From contig NC_090942.1 in assembly GCF_040807025.1 (NCBI RefSeq), positions 204,310,640 through 204,374,639 on the forward strand: 64,000 nt of DNA, given 5' to 3'. The notes beneath the pieces were generated by a model. The model made no database searches and was not told the origin of the DNA. It saw nothing but the letters and a program-made list of their open reading frames with translations. Positions within the stretch are counted from its first letter, which is position 1, and each line of letters starts with the position of its first letter. Origin of the DNA: Struthio camelus (Eukaryota). The translations under genes and the position numbers were made by a program. This document shows, one piece after another, positions 23,295 through 35,659 of the stretch.

Positions 23295-24356
23295 CTATTT
23301 GGTGAGAGGAAAAGACAAACCCCCAAAACAGTAAGATGCTAACAAGGAATACTCTTTTATTCTTAAAACTGTAAGATGAAAATATGTGCTTGTCATTGAA
23401 AAATTTAACACTGAAAACACACATCACTAATTTGATTTGTCTACAGCAAACAATCCACGATTTGGTACATTGGACCTTACTGTTTGACAAAGCTGATTAG
23501 CAATTCTTAAATTTGAAGACATTGAGAAAGAGGTGCTACTTGCCAAGCCTAACTATTACTATATACATAATCATGCGTACAATTACATGAAAACATAAAC
23601 CAAACATACAGAATTACACTTGAAGATAACAGAGAGCAGAAAACACACGATACTTCAAATGTTTTCCTTGCAATATCTGTCTCCCAACCTGTAGGCCCGT
23701 AATCCCATCTTTCTTAACCGATCAACTACAGTGGTTATAGCAACAAGTAACAATTTTCCTTAAAATAATCTAGCAGTTTTGTTAACTTAAATTCAAACTG
23801 GCATTTTTTTAATGTAAGTAAGGTGTGATAAAACGTGAAGATGCTACTTAGGTATCAACTACTTACTGAGATTATTAGCAATAAACTCTAAAACAATTCA
23901 GGCGTATTAGTTGAACCTAACAGAGTGTTTCCTGCACAGCTGGAGGTCAGAATGATAGAAACACTTTTGTAGGACATCAAGATTTACATTTTTCTGGGCA
24001 TTTTGTATCAAGAAACACAGTCCACACGTCTTGTTGCTGCTACCGTAAAAGCAGCAGTCACTTCAGAACACCACCCTGCCAGCTAGTGCTGTGTCCTCGC
24101 TAACATTTCATTCTCAAGTAGTCTTTCTCCTGTTTTTGAAATACAGTCGCTTCATAAAGCAATCTGGCATTTTCTGCCTAAAGACTGCTTTGCTGAAATG
24201 ATCCTGATCAGCTATTGTCTGAGTTCTCATAGATTTGTCTGCAAACACAAGCAAAAATACCAGGAAATACCCACAAATAACTCTCAACCTTTATAAGACT
24301 AAAAAGCGTATCAGTTTGAAAACTACTAGAAAGACTTCACGTTTAGCGTTACTCAC

Positions 24357-24476
24357 TGGTACTGTCTTGTAGAGCTGACATGGTATGCAAAATGGAGGAA
24401 TATCAGTATATAGGGCAGTTGGATACAGATGACACTGGGGGATTTTCTCAATAGAACCGCGGTCTATGTACTGCAC
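24357..24476 (-). CDS. RNF17: RNF17 exon, Tudor ([40 protein letters not shown])
   Basis: Acceptor catgtag|GTG and donor CCA|GTGAGT. It matches human [40 protein letters not shown]. Confidence 0.85.
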
Positions 24477-24905
24477 CTACATGAAAAAATGGTTTCCAAA
24501 AATAATTCCTTTTTTTTTTTTTTTTTTTAAATCAAGTTTTTCATAGAAAGGGTTCATTTACAGAATTGATTTTTCTGGAGAAATAAAATGGTTTGCTGCT
24601 ATGTATGAGATATGACAAAGCAGAAATGAGGAGGGAATTAAAGAATTGGTACGGATTAGAAGTCCAGCCTCTGAACTTACCCTCCAAAAGATCCTACCTT
24701 ATGCGCAAAAAGCTACAGTAGTTTAACACTAATATGTGAAGGAAATACTGATTTTGTGAACGGGGGAGTGTCAGACTTAGAAACTTGCATTCAGAGAGCA
24801 CAACCAGACTCAAGAGGTTAGGTAAGACTACCTGCTAATAAAAAAAAAAGTTGTTTTTTGTACCTGAGCAGCAGAAAGAGCTAAAACAGATAATGACTGC
24901 TTATA

Positions 24906-24944
24906 GGGTAGTGGTGGTGGTGGTGGTGGAGGGGGTGGGGGGAA
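24906..24944 (+). repeat. (GGT)7GGAGGGGGTGGGGGG G-rich tract (G-quadruplex motif)
   Basis: gggtagtggtggtggtggtggtggagggggtggggggaag. It contains at least four G-runs of 3 or more. Confidence 0.8.
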
Positions 24945-25310
24945 GCTAAACCAAAATACTTTCAAGGCATTCCACATATGATCACAATGAAAGTTTTTTT
25001 TTTTTTTTTTCAAAAGGGATTACTTAGAGGTGATCAAGAGTGTTTGTTTTTTCTATTTAGGATCATTTATCATCAACAGAAGAACTACAGAAAAATTATG
25101 ACAAATGAAATAGGCAGACAGAATTCCCCTTTAAAATAAATGTAAAATCAGAACAGAAAATGATTATAGTTTTAAGCAGAATGAGTATCTGGACAGTCAG
25201 GTCATTCATATGACAAAAGGAATGATCACAATTTTTTTTTTAAACACATACAGGTGCACACATGCATGCATGCACACATACATATATGCAAGATCTATAA
25301 TCAAACTTAC

Positions 25311-25474
25311 CTGGAGTGTACCACCACCAAGTTCTGTAACTTTACCTCGATACCACATGGTATCTGACCCTCTTATAACACAAGCCTCTCCCTTCTTCCA
25401 ACAGTAGGGTTCCAGAAGACCAAGGCATTTGAAGTTACATTGTATTTCAGTCATCAATTTGTTGAGCTCATTTG
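25311..25474 (-). CDS. RNF17: RNF17 exon, Tudor core ([55 protein letters not shown])
   Basis: Acceptor tttttcag|CA and donor CAG|GTAAGT. The motif is [16 protein letters not shown]. Coordinates were anchored to ORF 25206..25457. Confidence 0.85.
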
Positions 25475-26666
25475 CTGAAAAAGAGTTTTGTAAGTGTAAA
25501 TTTAAAACAGTCTAAAACATACTAGCGCAAATTTTAATCACCTGAAGGACAGCAGACTCGGATGAAGATATGTATAATGATAAAAGTACTTGGGCCACTC
25601 CAACAAACGTTTCTCAACACTGGTGCGATTAGGTTGGTTCGACTCCTAGTATTAGCAAACAAGTTATTACTTGAACAAGAATTTAGTTGTATAGGCAATA
25701 GTGAAGCCATCGGTAATTCTGGATTTGAATCTCTGAAAAGAAGGATCTAAAAGTTTTGCAACTGACATCTTGACAGCAGTAATGCACGAGTCTCTGACAA
25801 CAGCAGCCATCACCAAGACAACAGATGCCCAAAGACAGCCACGAGGCAACACAAGACAGGTTTCCAGAAAACCTTCTTCTGATATGGGTATAGGCTACAG
25901 CAACTACCACAAGAGCAATACAGTCTTGGGTGGGAGGGATTACTGTATTTTTTTCAAATCTTTATGATATGATTTAATAGTTAGATATATTTATAGAGTA
26001 GAGTGAAAGAAAGATTGCTTTCATAGCAAAACGTTCTTCTGCAGCACAATGCATTATCAAGGTACAGAAGACGTGGCATCTGTCAGATGAAACTGTGCTC
26101 TTTTCGAACATTTTGAAATAGAAAATGTAAAGACATACAAAATCTATTATACTAAAAAAGAAAACTAGGCACTGAGCTCACACTGAAGACAGAAAAAAAA
26201 AGTGATACTCAAGAACTAACCTAGCTTTTGAGAATGCATAAGATGTATGATGATTATAACTAAAACGTATCACAATCTCAACACTACAAAATAAAGCACT
26301 TGCTGCTCTACCCAATACTGCTCAGAAAAGCAAGGCAAGTAACTTGCTTGCCTGAGTGTTTTGGGTTTCCTGATTTATTGTTGGGAGTGGATGGACAGAA
26401 CAGTTTATTTTGATCTTTTTAAAAGCAAGTCATCACCTTGTGGGGATTTTTTTTTTCTTTTTTCCAAAAGCCGTTGAATTTCTACATAGTTGGACAAAAG
26501 CAAGCAGACAAAAAGCATGCGCACGCACACACATACACACAAGCCAAAGTCCTCAGCATATCTAAAGAACAGCACTCCCAAACAGGAATCTTAGAGAAGA
26601 ATGTTTTGACATTACCACAGTTATTGGATTCATAAACACAGATATGTTTCCTTTATGAAATCTTAC

Positions 26667-26963
26667 CTAATGACACTGGTATCACATAAATAGTTCCATC
26701 ATGTCCAACACAACTTACTACAGCTTGAAAAATTTTCATTCCAGGTATAACAGGAGGTTTATATACTTCATCCACTCCTGCCTGAAGCAGTGGTTTCTCT
26801 GTGTTGTTTGATTCATGCTCTCTCTCAGAAACGGTGACGTCCTTCTCTGGAGCAGGACTGTTTAGTGAACATGAAGTTTCTGAATTACAATCATCTGATT
26901 GCGAGTTCTCTTGTTCTAAAGGTACTTTGAGAGGTTCCTTGGGGACTGGGCCAGCTGCATCAG
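26667..26963 (-). CDS. RNF17: RNF17 exon (acidic/Ser-rich linker ...KVPLEQENSQSDD... then Tudor N-extension VYKPPVIPGMKIFQAVVSCVGHDGTIYVIPVSL)
   Basis: The donor TTA G|GTAAGA at 26667 is firm. The 5' acceptor is ambiguous: alternatives at 26954 or 26915 keep the same phase. It matches human ...EVPLEQEDS...[30 protein letters not shown]. Confidence 0.5.
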
Positions 26964-27249
26964 CTTTATCAGTTCTAGCAGATTCAATCAAATCATATCA
27001 ACTTATCAAAAGATGAACAACTTGAAAAGTGGAAAAGAAGAAAGTAACAAGTAAAAAGAAAAAAACAACAAACCACAGAGACGGCAAATGGTTGTTAAAA
27101 TACTGTCAGACATCTCATGCACTGACTTAAAGAACTGAAACATGCAATGAATACAATATTTTACTCAAGTAAGTCCACTTAAAATGGTGTTTTGTTTCTA
27201 TGTATGCTGTAGAGGACAACTCAAGTTTTCCTTTTACTTATCAGCTTAC

Positions 27250-27409
27250 CACAATTTGAATCTGAGTCTGAAAGAATATAAAAGTGTCCGAACCTTCTGT
27301 TTCTAAAAGCCAAACCCTTTTTAATAAGATGTTCTGAAATATCAATGAATTGTCCTGCTTCATCTTTGCAAAGAATTTTCACAGGCAACGGACAAACCAC
27401 ATCACTTTC
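27250..27409 (-). CDS. RNF17: RNF17 exon (ESDVVCPLPVKILCKDEAGQFIDISEHLIKKGLAFRNRRFGHFYILSDSDSNC)
   Basis: Acceptor tttttaccag|GAA and donor TGT G|GTAAGC. It matches human [35 protein letters not shown]. Confidence 0.75.
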
Positions 27410-28285
27410 CTGGTAAAAAAATCAGAGCCATACAACATGTTACAATACACATTTTCTCTGAACTACTGGCATATTTTTCGCTTTATTTGTACTGACTATA
27501 AATAAGACTCTGTTGAACAACTTATGTCAGATCAGAAGATGCAAAATTTACTTAATTTGTATTACAGTTCCCATCATCTAACCAACTGTTCTAAATATGA
27601 CATGGGGAAAACAAACAAACAAACAAAAAAAAACGACCGGACTAAAACCTTGCTTCTTCCCTTAGCTGTTCTCTTTGAAAGAACTGCTAAATACTTGTTT
27701 TCCTCTACCAGGAACATTAAATCCACTCATAGGTAACCTTGCTCATCAGCGCTTTTATTTCCAGACACACTGTAAAACATCATGATGTAGCAGCTGCAAA
27801 CAAATACTGAACAAATCACATCCTCATAATAATTAAGTTTTGTTTACTGATGGAAGAAGTCTATCATAAATGATGTTCTTACAGCACTGGACCTAAAACG
27901 GACCTGTTATTTCAGTTTCTGAGGCTTGAAAACTAGTACAGTAGCTGCTGACGTTAATTCTCACCAAGAACGTTAGCATCTTGCTGAAAAGCTCATCTGT
28001 CCATAAGAGATATCACCACCCAGGGAACCCAAGTATTTTGAAACTATGCTTCAGTAACTAGGTATATGCCAGATTTTCTTTTCACATTGTGTAGCCAAGC
28101 TCTAATGCTCCAACGAGTAACAAAAATCAAGTAGAAAAAAAAGAAAGCATTTTTTCCATTATAGCAAACAGCAACCTGAAGTTCCATTCATATCGTTTGA
28201 AGAATGAAAGTATTTTGCAAAATTAAATTAATGGAAAAACAACCTAACAGAAATTTCATGAATACTGCAGTTTTTAATTACAAAC

Positions 28286-28376
28286 CTGTATAATTATTTT
28301 TGCTTGTGCCCCAGTTAGGTAATAGGATACACATTCACACACTGTTGCTGTCCACTGCATGCTTCCACCTGTTGGT
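28286..28376 (-). CDS. RNF17: RNF17 exon ([31 protein letters not shown])
   Basis: Acceptor tttcctgtcag|A and donor CAG|GTTTGT. It matches human [31 protein letters not shown]. Confidence 0.7.
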
Positions 28377-29156
28377 CTGACAGGAAACAAATTAAGATGT
28401 CCTTTAGCACAGGAGAACTGGGCTTTACTGACCATATTCTAAGCTTACATGGAAAACCTACCCTTTATTAAGGCTCCAATGTTTTTTGAAATTGCCTGTA
28501 CTGCCAGTGAAAAAAGACAATCTGTATTACAGCTAACAGTAAAAAGAAATGGTTATTTGGCTCTGGATCGCTATGACAGGAAGAATTCACAAATATGAAA
28601 ATAAACTTTCAAATTCTGGGAGGATCGTGAATTCTATAAGTAAGTTTTAAGAGAACCATGGAAAATCTTAGTTCACTTGCAAATTGGGCGTTCTATATTC
28701 ATTTAGGGAACAGGTATTGTAACATGCTTGTTTTTCTTTCCAGTATAGACAGCACACAAACAAATACAACAGTCAACAGTTCTCTATCTCTTTTCTATAG
28801 TCTGGAAAAGAGAGACCTCCGCTTTATTTTCATGAGATCCAATTCATCTTAAGTTCCGTGTCAAAGAAAAAAGCATTCAGGGAAATCAGGAAATCCTATG
28901 CCATCTGTTCAGTGTTTTATAATTCATCCTACGCAAATTTTTTTCTTTCTGTTTCAAAGTTTGTGCTTTACTGGGACGTAGCGTAACCCTAGGAAAAAGC
29001 CTTTTCAAAAAATGACAGCTGTCACCCAATTTCTTCTTTACACAAAGAGCAAACCATATCTAGCTCTCAGGTCATCAGTGCTAACCCAAGAAAATAGTAA
29101 ATTATGTCGATTACTAGGTTTCTGATACTGCTATTTCAATATAAGGGAAAGGCTAC

Positions 29157-29275
29157 CTTATATCTACCAAGGAACATTCTATTGCTAATGTTCTCATTCT
29201 CTGCATATTTTCCTCAAGTTTTCTTAGACAGCTGACATCCACTGTTTTTACAGCTCCGGAATCATACAACATTAC
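29157..29275 (-). CDS. RNF17: RNF17 exon, Tudor ([39 protein letters not shown])
   Basis: Acceptor cctgtctgtaacag|GTA with a long pyrimidine tract, and donor TAAG|GTAGCC. It matches human [39 protein letters not shown]. Confidence 0.75.
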
Positions 29276-30859
29276 CTGTTACAGACAGGAAACACAATGA
29301 AACAAACAAAAAAAAAACCCTCTTAACATTATCTGCAATAAATGATATTCAATGCCTGCTTGAATAGATAAAACAAAATATAGACAAATATTATAGCAGC
29401 ATTCATAATGGAGTGAAGTTAGCAAGTGAATGTCACGCAAAGATTGCCACCAGCCTCTGCACTGAAGTACTTCATACAACACAAATGACAACCACAGAGT
29501 ACTGAGAGGCTGAAACACACAAAATGTGTTCAGAGAGGGTTAAACAAATTCACAGAGAATAAGTTTGCCAGGTTACCAAACAGGACAGTAGAGTTGTACC
29601 TTCAAGTCCGAAATGTCACAACTCTCACTGCTGGAAACTGGGCAACTATGGAAGAAGAAAGTCACTCTGTATCTGCCTTCATATTATAAGCTTTCCCTAA
29701 GCATCTACTATAGATGCTATTGAAAACAGACTACTGGGATTAATGGATCTTTGTCTGACCCAGTAGAGTAGCTTCTTGTGCAACAGGAAGAAGAATGAAC
29801 CAGCAGAACTGCTGGCCTGAAAAGCCAAATCCAAGCCCTCTTCAGTCAGGTAAGATTAGCACCGATGTTTACACTCCTTGCAATCATGACACTGACATTA
29901 TCTAAAAATATCGCTTTTCTCAAGTACGTGAGCACCTGGAACGGTAAGGGCAATAACATGGGCCCACTGTTCACTGAAAGAGAACCATAATACAGAAGGG
30001 CATATTTGGGATCCCAAAAGCTCAGTTGGAAACATCTTGACTCCTATTAAGATAACTACTTTAAGAAAACAAACAAAACCAAACAATAACAACAATCACC
30101 ACCACCACCTAAATACTTCACTAGGCACTTTTACTGCTGGCGGTACTAAGAATCTCCTTCCCCTTCATGGACACACATGCCAGTCCTCCCCTGCAAAATA
30201 ACTAACCCTGCCCAATAAGCTGCCCAAAGAGGAAAGAAGAAAAAAAAGAAAAAAAAAAAGAAAGGAAAAGAAATTCAAGCAAAAGCTTCAAGAAACTGTT
30301 TCAAAAGGTAGGCCACTAAAAACATAGCAGGAAACGCAGACAAAGACCTAGCTTACTATGCACAAAGTAAAAGAACACCAAAGGAAACAACGAAGCTTTG
30401 CTAAGAAATCAGATGGCAGCAAAGTGACAAAATTCCTAAGGTGATGTCCAACAGACAAGAAAATGCTATCTAAGGAGAGCTGGATGTAAAAAGCACAGGA
30501 AAATAACATATATGACTGACAACGCAATAGCTGATGTGCACCTACTGGAGTGTACATTTGGAACTTAATAATAGTGACACCTTCTGCAGTTCTCCTTGTA
30601 GGACTGTGCACGCATCTAAGCGGCTATTTGAAAAAAGAAACTTCTTTTCCCCTACGTTGGTTATGTTGGTGCATATAAATTTGCAAACCCAGAAACGCTG
30701 AAACAGCTTTTTTCCCCACTTCCTAAACAGTAACAGATATCCTAGCCTGAATTGCTACTATTATTTCATCTATGTCTATACTAGAGCTTTGTCGAACTAT
30801 ACCATGAACAACAACAATCTCTTTCAAACCTTTAAGGCCTGAAAGAAATTTAAGCACAG

Positions 30860-31320
30860 TCAAACAGAAATATAGGATCATTGAGGTTGGAAGGAACCTC
30901 TAGAGATCACCTAGTCCAACTTCCTTGCTCAAAGCAGGGTCAACTACAGTACGGGTTGCTCTGGGCTGTGTTCAGTCAGGTTTTGAGTATCGCCAAGGAT
31001 GGAAACTACAACTTCTCTAAGCAATCCACTCACTACCAGCATTAAATCAACTTTACGGGAAAGAAGTTTTTATCTTGAAACACAGTTTCCTATATTTCAG
31101 TTTGTGCCTATTTGCCTCTTCTCCAGTCCCTGGGCACCACTGAGAACAGTCTGGCTCTGTTTTCTTTACTCCTTCCCATCATGTATTTATACACAATGGT
31201 AAGATCCCCACCTGAACCTTCTCTCCTCCAAGCTAAACAGTCCCAGCTCTAAGCCTCTCTTCCTATGACAGATGTGCCTGTCCCTTAGTCACCTTCAGGA
31301 CTCTTTGTTGCTAAAGAGAA
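30860..31320 (-). mobile_element. old CR1 3'-end fragment (antisense orientation)
   Basis: gaggttggaaggaacctctagagatcacctagtccaac... and the following about 400 bp align by eye to the reverse complement of the CR1 3' UTR and ORF2 C-terminus. It is diverged. Confidence 0.6.
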
Positions 31321-31973
31321 ACAATCGTAATCAAGACGTGGATTACCTGTATGACTAAAAAGCCACTCTTACTTTTGAGTTAAGTAGTTATCTACTCATC
31401 AAATGCCTGTTCCCTATGCTCCTTTTCAAGTGAGTACAACAAAATGCACACTTAAAGCAGCACTGTGTGATAGATGTAACACTTTAGCCAGTAACTTATT
31501 TGGCACAGCGCATCAAAATCAGCTAGAGTTCAAGGAACAACGTTAACTAGAAGTGTTCCTGTGGTGGTGGACTTAGTTCAATCAACCCTCTCTCTCTCAG
31601 CAAGGATCATTAGGCTTGGCCAACTGCCAACTCGAGGATCATACTGCATCTGAAATCTGAGCCAAGCTGTTAGACTACAGCTTGGAAATCTGTGCCATGT
31701 TGCACTGTGTACTGTAAACACACACAAAGTCTATCTCGTGAGCCTTCCCGAACTATCAAGGGCCCTGCTAAATACATTTTGAGTTTTGTTAAGATAGTAG
31801 TATTCCTTACAGCAAGGTATAATGTAACTGAAAATAAACTCTGCACAAAAGTATAAGGCTATATGAGAAAACATTAACACAAAAACAGGAACTGAAGATT
31901 TGTGATTATTTTCTCGATGAATCTTTAAAAACTTTATAAATAAAAGTATGAATCTTCTTATGATAACGTTTAC

Positions 31974-32124
31974 CTCTGCAGTTGTTTCAGAGACAATTCT
32001 GTTTATCTGACCTCTTTGCCACTGTTGCCAGTCTTGTACATAAGCAGCACAATGCATACCAGTTTCCCATTTCACAGACTCTGGCTGTGATTCTTCATAG
32101 ACAGTAGCCATCTTCTCCTGTAAT
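31974..32124 (-). CDS. RNF17: RNF17 exon, Tudor core (RLQEKMATVYEESQPESVKWETGMHCAAYVQDWQQWQRGQINRIVSETTAE)
   Basis: Acceptor tttttgaatgttag|A and donor GAG|GTAAAC. Coordinates were anchored to ORF 31731..32135. It matches human [45 protein letters not shown]. Confidence 0.8.
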
Positions 32125-32952
32125 CTAACATTCAAAAATACATTTTTCCAATAGTGAGATTTTACCCAACGAGTAAAGGATTTATTTCGTTAATTACTGC
32201 TCAGCTGGCATACAGAAGATTTTAATAACTGTTTAATAGACACTTATTATTGTAGCCTTTCCTTATGGCACGTCAGAAATACATGAAATGGAGCTTCATA
32301 ACAGATGCAATCCAATTAGAATTGCTGAATTAATCTGAGCGGCCCTGACTCTTCTGTGTGGCAGTATCTGACTGATACTCTTTATTATTTTCTCTTGACA
32401 ATGTGAGAGAACGTGAGCCTCATTTAGCGCCCTGGCTAATTTAACGGGACTCCAGGTCAGTACATGCAAGGAAGTAAAAACCAAAGGAGAAATAAGAGGC
32501 AGAAAATAAGTAACTTGCACTAAACAATGATATTTATATTTGTCTCCAAGTAGTATTACTTAAAGTTTGTCTTTCAAGTACCAAAGGAAGGTTGGCATAT
32601 TATATTCAGAAGTTGCTTTCAAGCTTGCCTAAGAGCGTATTAGAATCATGGAAAAAGAAATAAATTGACTAAAGTTCTGTGACTTAGGATGCTGGTATTA
32701 TTTAATCAGACTTCAAACGAAGGAATGGAGAAGAGACTAACGAGCAGAAAGATTTAGTCTTACAGGACACCACAACGTAGTGCAAATCTGTCTTTTGTTC
32801 CTCTACTTCCCTCAAAGCAAGACAATTCAACAGAATTCAGAACAGTGCCCCGCTGCCAAATGCCATCTGAAACAGATTTTTCTAACCATATTTCTTCATC
32901 AATTTTTAGTAAGAGTGCCTTAACTCTAGACAAGTTCTTTGAATTAAAGTAC

Positions 32953-33174
32953 CTTTTCAGTAAACTTTCTGATGACAGCCATTGTACAAAAATTTTGCTA
33001 GGGGACACAACATGACTAATTCTCACTTGTAGCTCTTTCTTCGAAAGTGATCTGAAATCCACTTCCTCCAGAAGTTCCAGGTTTACGGGATTTAAATTTT
33101 CCAGGGTTTCGGGAATTTCTTCTAGAGGAGCATCCCATATTTCACTGGGCCCTATAGCAGTACTTTCAATATAT
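32953..33174 (-). CDS. RNF17: RNF17 exon, Tudor N-terminal extension (GYIESTAIGPSEIWDAPLEEIPETLENLNPVNLELLEEVDFRSLSKKELQVRISHVVSPSKIFVQWLSSESLLK)
   Basis: Acceptor ccttacag|A and donor AAAAG|GTACTT. It matches human [33 protein letters not shown]...[24 protein letters not shown]. Confidence 0.8.
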
Positions 33175-35659
33175 CTGTAAGGAATGTCAAATAATTAGGA
33201 TTGAAAGTTTACATGTTATCAAAGTGAAAAGAAGTTCTATGATTGTTAATTCCAACATGATAGGGGAAGAAGGAAAAAGTGAAGCACAAGTAACCTGGGA
33301 AAGCAGAAAAAAATCCAAAAGTCAAAACCATTTTAAAATGCTGCATCTGAAGCAGTCATGATAGTAATTTATTTTCATTCTCCTTCAGTAGGTACTGTAG
33401 CATATTCTACTGTCAGAGGAGAGTACTAAGCAATATAGGCTGCCAGAGAGAAGTAAACCTGGTAAGAATGGGACCGCTTGCCTGGCTTAAAAGACATCAA
33501 ATTACTAGTGTCAAGTTTCTGGAACGCTATATTGCCTTCGAGTGAAATTTGCAACATTCTCCTTCCAAGATGTGTGAATATCCCTTTCAGAAGTAAACAT
33601 TTAGTCAGTGAAACATTTATCCTTCTAGCATTCCCTGAAGTTATGTGTAGAAATACAGTGCAACATCCTAGAGTCAGCTCCTTCCTAGTTAGAGTACAAA
33701 ATGAGGTATAGCCACATTAATACCTTAATGCAAACGTACTTAAATTGTGTGAACTGGATAGAATAAAGCACAACAGTAATCAAGACCTGGTCGATACCTA
33801 TCAATTCATTTTATTGAGTGTCAAAATGAACTGTGCTAACTAGAGACAGGAGAGATTACAGCTTGAAAGTCATCTATCAGTGCTTCCTGGAAATCTCAGA
33901 CTAAATCTGACAGCGAGCATGAGTTTAACTGCTCGCCATTTCTGGGCCTCTGGGAAGAAACTCCCTTTTATTTCCCCCTCAGAGATCCACCTTACCTCTT
34001 CCTTCAACTGAAGCAAACAAACTACTCTCAGAGAGAAAATTCTGGAACGTTTAAGTGTTGAATCAATCACTATGTACCGCTATACGATTATTTATGCAAC
34101 TCTTCCTGACACAGGTATCTGGAAATCATTGAGTAAACAGCTAACTTTGAGAACCAGGTAAGAAATGAACACGATAGCGCATAAATATGCTTGGTTTGTG
34201 TACAACTAGTCTGAACTACGAAATGGGCTCTGTACAGAGGCAATCTGCCACACAGAGCTCTCACAAATGAAAGACACGTCACATGTCTTATATGCCCTCT
34301 CTCTAGTAACTCCAGTATAGCATTATCATTGCAGATCCGTTAGAAGAACAATCGGTTTGGAACGAGCTTCAGACTTCAAGGTTTCCTTCTTGAATTCCGT
34401 ACGTGCCACCTTCCATTCCAAAGTAAGAGTAAGGTTACTGGTGTTTGCCACCACGTGCAATTACTGTCACTTCTCAGCGAGTAAGCCTCCCTGGAGCGCT
34501 GTGCTCACCTAGTCATATTGCCTCATACGTGCTTAGAGCTGGCCTGGGTATCCCTAAACAGTACTACATGTGGAAGGGTAAGCATATCCCAAATGCAATT
34601 CCAGCTGTTCTAACAGTAAGTTTAAGTTATTCTTCCATCTCTTTCCTTCTTGCGCATGCCTGTCTTCACAAATAGGAAGTTCAGTGAGAAGAAGAGAAAA
34701 TGCAATAAATGAGCTATGGAGCGCTAGAGAGATCTATGCACGCTGGAAAACAACAGAAACTACAAATAAAAGAACTGGAACCTCATTCCAGCTAAAAGGA
34801 TTGGAAAAAAAAATCCACACTACTTAAATTGTAAGCGTTACACAGTGACTTATATAAAAGCAACATATTCATTTGTCTGCAGGCCACAGGCAGACATCTA
34901 AGTATAGCTGAGTTGCAACAGAAGATATCCTAGTGACAACAACAGAACATTTCAATTTGGCTTTGAAGGTTTAATAAAGCTGCCTGACTTCACAAGGTGT
35001 AAACAAAATTGTAAGCAGTACAAAAAAAAAAAAAGAGTATTACTAGAGCGTAGTTATATTCCTGAATTAAGACAGGAAAAATCTATCCATTTACTTCTGA
35101 AAAAAAAACCCAAAACATCTATTTCTATTCCTCAGCAGAAATTCAGTTTTCCCTTCTCAAAATAAAACTTTCTATTTAACAATCTTTTCATTCAGATCAG
35201 TAATAACAAGTTATTAATAAAAAAAACTGATTTTCATGCATATAATCCATGGGTTATTTGTTGAAGATAGCGAGGTAGATGCAGCAGCTTTATCTCCTCA
35301 TCTCCCCCAGCAGGCTTCCCAACTTTTCTCGTTTCGTCTGTCACCTTCCCAATAGTCCCTGTAGCTCTGATTCCTCATTGCCAATTATGTGAGTGTTTGT
35401 TTTCAAGTCACAGTACTTCCAAGGAGATGATGTATCTCAGGTGCAGGTTACACTTTAAAAATGATATTTATTTTCTTACCATGAGGGAATGGAGCCTTAT
35501 AACAACCAGTTTGGAAAGATTTGATACTTTGTGAGTATGATGCAGAAGTTTCATCTCCAACTTTTGAATCAAATAAGTTTCAAAACTATCATGTCAATCA
35601 ACATTTAGTTTTTAGACAATTAAATTATGCTGAACAGCAGTGTTACATAGACTGTTACT

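Noticed and set aside
32350-32449. Candidate extra RNF17 exon (SPVKLARALNEAHVLSHCQEKIIKSISQILPHRR) between exons 33174 and 32124
   Set aside because: An alternative acceptor (gttag|A at 32125) on exon 32124 joins exon 32953 directly in phase. That junction reproduces the human junction ...LLN-SLE-EKM... with no room for 33 extra residues. The ORF is intronic read-through.
35470-35600. Exon-like open frame 'FDSKVGDETSASYSQSIKSFQTGCYKAPFPH' with a GTAAGA donor just 5' of the CR1
   Set aside because: The frame that gives the FDS motif has an in-frame TGA before any usable acceptor. The true LFDS-containing exon was found at 37848..37965 with full human collinearity.
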